Below are positions 59,183 to 64,000 of a DNA stretch of 64,000 bases, in pieces. The translations under genes and the position numbers were made by a program. Numbering within the stretch: the first letter of the stretch is position 1; each line of letters opens with the position of its first letter. Below the pieces are notes generated by a model. The model was not told the DNA's origin. It searched no databases and saw nothing but the letters and a program-made list of their open reading frames with translations. Source of the stretch: Eledone cirrhosa (Eukaryota); contig OZ024752.1 in the NCBI GenBank assembly GCA_964016885.1, forward strand, positions 14,198,001-14,262,000, read 5' to 3'.

Positions 59183-60423
59183 GCTCAAGTATTAATGTAA
59201 GGGAGATATAGAGAGATATAGAGAGATATAGAGAGAGAAAAATTTAAAAATAGCCAGACATATTCGAGGCGTAGAAAACCCTATGTTTTAATGTATTAGT
59301 ATTTATAAAACTTACACTATATTGTAAATATCAGTATTCCTGAATGAAACAAGTATTCACAATGCGTGAAAATTCATTATCTTATGTTTAGTTTTTTAAA
59401 AAAATTCATATGTCTATGTGAATCCAACTGATTCACTCCGCAAATTCAAAGTTACCGGAAAACATTCTCAATGTGGTATAAAAATTTGAGCGTATTATTA
59501 TTCTTGCGATTACTCTACAAGATTATCTATCAAGCAGAAATAGAGAGCAGATTTCAATATACTAATCGAAAATATATATTATATTATAAGCAGAGATAAC
59601 AATAATAATGATAATAAGTAAAAATATATAAAAATATAAAAATATAGAATAGAAAACTAAAAAAGAATATTACGAAAGAATATTACATAATAAAAATATT
59701 GCATATTAAAAATACTACGTATTAAAAATATTACGTATTAAAACTTTACATATAAAAATATTAAAAATATTAAAAATATTAAAAATAAAAATTTACATAT
59801 AAAAAAAAAAATAAAAAAAATAAAATAAAAAAAATTTACATATAAAAATATAAAAATAAAAATAAAATAAAATAAAAAATAAAAATATAAAAATATTATA
59901 GAATACTACAATACTAAAAGAATAAAAATAAAAATACAAATAAAAATAAAAATAAATAAAAATAAAAATAAAAATAAAAATAAAAATAAAAATAAAAATG
60001 AAAATAAAAAATAAACCACAAAGAACAACCCTTCAAGGTTAATTGACAATATATTGCCAAGTTCACTACAAGACAAAGCCAAAAATTATCTATCAAATCA
60101 CATCTAGCAAGGAATATCGCAAAAAAAGATTATGATGTCCAATAATGTCTACATATGTTCCTATTTTCTTCGTTTTGTCTTTCTTTCTTTCTTATTTCCC
60201 TCTTTTCTCTCTCTCTTTCTTTCTCTCTGTATTTTCACTGCTAGAGTGAACCTCTTCAAATGAAGTTGATGTTTATTACGGTATGTCGAATATATTTATC
60301 TATAAAACTGTTTATATTGTATTTTGTCTGATGAAGGCATAGCATATTGTTAATATGATATCCCCGAAATATATATAATGAAATAAATATGGTTTTATAA
60401 ATATAGTTTTCCATTTATTTAAT

Positions 60424-60428
<5 letters not shown>
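58590..60428. mobile_element. Large inverted repeat (about 270-bp arms, about 1.2-kb spacer) of a family E relative with HHRs at 58721-58786 (-) and 60320-60385 (+)
   Basis: 58678-58942 is the reverse complement of 60164-60428; tattttgt-CTGATGA-aggcatagcatatt...aatatgatatcccc-GAAATATATATA-atgaaata. Confidence 0.8.
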
Positions 60429-60489
<61 letters not shown>

Positions 60490-60876
60490 TATGTATATAT
60501 ATATATGTATATATATATGAATATATGTATATGAATATGTATATATATATATATATATGAATATATATATATATGTACATATATGTATATATATATATAT
60601 ATATATACATTTATATATATATATATATATATGTACATATATATATATATATATTTCGTTTCTGAATTTGTTTAGCAAGATTCTTTATCTGAAATCATGT
60701 GTTGAAACCGATATTGTTATACTTTGGGAGGGTCATGTTGCCAATAAGAAACACACGCACCAGTTGCTTTCACTTCAATTTATTATATATTTATAAATTT
60801 ATAAATTTACAAATCTACAAACCTATAAATTTCTGGTTGGTTGGTTGGTTCCACAACCAGATAGTTGTTTATATAT

Positions 60877-60921
60877 AGTCATAGTCCTTTCGTCACACAC
60901 TATGTAACCTCTTCAGTGACT
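60877..60921 (-). ncRNA. Minimal type I hammerhead ribozyme in pLTR
   Basis: agtca-CTGAAGA-ggttacatagtgtgtgac-GAAAGGACTA-tgact; stem I agtca/tgact, CUA triplet. Confidence 0.8.
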
Positions 60922-61267
60922 GGGGATTCCTTTCTTTGTTTCTGTGCCTTTCCTTTCTTCTATCCTACGCCATTTTGTTTCTGTGTGTGTGTTGTGTGCT
61001 CAGTTTGCGCATGCGCCACATCCGGGTATCTGTGTGTGTTTGTGTTCATTTATCTATTTGTTTATTTATTTATTTATTTATTGTTGCTTGGTTGTTTGTT
61101 CTATGTTTGCGTGTGTTTTCATTTTCATTTTGTCCTGTGTGTGTTTTCATGTTGTCCTTAATTGTAAGTTGTTTGTTCTATGTGTGTGTGTGTTTTCATT
61201 TTGTCCTGTGTGTGTTTTCATTTTGTCCTTAATTGTAAGTTGTGACGTTGCTGTTCCACTCATATTC

Positions 61268-63198
61268 TTATTTTCTGTTTAATTTTGGTTGTAATTCTTT
61301 TATGCTTACTGCCTCTGTAATTTGCCTAAACATTGCATCTTTTCTGTGTGTGGATTCTATTTTTATTTCTATGTTCTCTAATCTACCCCTGTGTTCTATC
61401 TTAGCATGTTGGTAGAGCACAGATGATTCTTTATTATCTTGAAGGTCTCGCCAGTGTTCATTTATTCGTTCCCCTATACTACGAGCTGTCTCACCTATGT
61501 ACACTATATTTTTGTTTCTACATTGTCCTTCAGTACATCTTATGCTATACACTACATTTCTAGTTTTACAGTTAATATGGGGGCTTATTTTACAGGTTAT
61601 ACATTTCTTATCTATACATGAGGGTCTTTGGAACGGGTATGTCTTGCTAATAAGTGTTTTTACGGAGGTACCTGGTCTTTCTACTATCTTAATATTGAGT
61701 TTATGTTTATTTAGGGCCCTTCTAAATTTGTAGGCTAGTTCGCCTCTAGGGGTTGTATTGATGAACATTACACTCTGGTATTTATTGCTATCATACCATG
61801 AGTTTATTCTATTGGCCTTGTTCCTAGTTCTTTCTATTCTATTCCAAAATTTGCTCCTATACAAGGGGCAGGTCCCATTTATGTCATTATTTACCATTTT
61901 TTCCCATTTGGTTCTGGCTCCTTTATACACTCCAATTCTATCTCTCTGATTGTAGCCAGAGAACTGCATACGATGGATGAAGTGTTGTATGTGTCTCTCT
62001 AGTTCTTTGGGGTTGCACATGCGGGACACATTTTTCATCACCCGTACCAAATCTGCAATCAGTATGTTGATTTTGGTATGGTCCGAAATGGCCGAGTTTC
62101 GGTGGATCAGATGTTTGGAAGTCATGGGTTTGGCATAATGGGAATGGAGGATTATTTTTGGTTGTTAATGGTATCTAACCAGAGCTCTGTGTCTAGTACA
62201 GGTAATCGATGGTTGGGGTGTCTACTTGGGTAGTCTATAGTAACTCTAATGCTCTGGTGGATGGTGTTTGCTATTTGCTGGATGCTTTCCATTGTGTTTT
62301 TCTCTAGTTCCTGACTGTTCTTTAGTGGGGGTGTCTTAACTACGATGTTTATATCATCTACGTAGCGGGAGTACATTATCAGGGTTAAGCTGTCTTCTAA
62401 TTGTTCTTTAAGTTTTTGTTTAAGTCTACAGTCCCACCATACCATGAATAAGTTAGCTATGTCGCCTGCAATGCTAACACCAATGGCTGCTCCTTCCTCT
62501 TGGGCATATGTTTTACCATTAAATTTGAACATATGTTCCTTAAGGGTTAATTTTATGCTGGCCTCTACCGCATGTGCAATCATTTTCTTCAGTTCATCGT
62601 GGTTTTCGGGTGTCCGTATGGCTCTGGTCCATCCGTTCCATCTATCTGTGTGGGTTTTCTTGGCCATTGAGGTAATGGTATGTGGTCTGCCTCTTGCTGG
62701 TCTTGTAGGGCACAGGTTGCTAAGGTCATAAGTGTCTAGGTAACTATTACTATGGGTAAGCTTAAGTAGAAGTCCCAGCTCACTGGTATCAATCCCACGG
62801 AACTCAACCTTGCTCTCGCTGATCATTTCTACGCATTTCTCCACAGCAAAATCCACGTCAATAGATGGATACAGGGACACAACATCCATACTGCCTATTA
62901 TGCAGTTTGTTAGGTCCCCAGATCGGTTACCCGCGCCGATTCTGCTGAGGAGCTCCTCCGTGCTGTCACATACGTCTGGGGACATCTCAATAATGGGGCG
63001 TATGATCAGGGAGAGGAAGTAGGACAGTCTGTAGTTACTAGCAATGTTAGCCCCACAGACTGGCCGTGTTGGTGGTCCCGCGACAGGGTCCCAGCCCGTT
63101 TTATGGTCTTTTCGAAGCCCATACAACGCCGGCACGTCATTGTTCCAGGCCTGTAAGTTGTTGGCAGTCCTTTTGTTGGGCTGCATTATGTTCGTCCA
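61268..63198 (-). pseudogene. PLE reverse transcriptase plus GIY-YIG endonuclease (one frameshift near 62155, 5'-truncated)
   Basis: LYGLRKDHK, PTRPV, SMDVVSLYPSI, QEEGAAIG, RYVDD, LPVLD, HYAKP; Cys linker C-x4-C-x2-C-x6-C; NVVYSIRC..YIGETARS..ER..EH. Confidence 0.93.
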
Positions 63199-63349
63199 TA
63201 TATATATCTGGTTGTGGAACCAACCAACCAACCAGAAATTTATAGGTTTGGAGATTTGTAAATTTATAAATTTATAAATATATAATAAATTGAAGTGAAA
63301 GCAAATGGTGCGTGTGTTTCTTATTGGCAACATGACCCTCCCAAAGTAT

Positions 63350-64000
<651 letters not shown>

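Overview
AT-rich eukaryotic intergenic/intronic DNA, most likely from an octopod cephalopod (inferred from very long (TA)n tracts, a recognisable octopus-type tRNA-SINE and Penelope-like elements). No intact host gene can be supported, and almost all ORF-track entries are (TA)n/(CA)n artefacts. The window holds three Penelope-like retroelements (PLEs: two Naiad-type, one Neptune-type, all disrupted), a decayed Tx1-like LINE, RTE and mariner relics and about 15 SINE copies. The main signal is a dense set of type I hammerhead ribozyme (HHR) motifs read directly from the sequence. They occur in two near-homogeneous non-coding tandem arrays: 17 x 310 bp, and about 5 x 591 bp folded into a giant palindrome with a U3-A8 core variant. 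Both look like non-LTR retrozymes (templates for circular RNAs). HHR motifs also occur in several unrelated families of short fold-back elements. Nearly all of these sit inside (TA)n microsatellites next to the PLEs that could mobilise them. Coordinates were counted by eye and may be off by a few bases.
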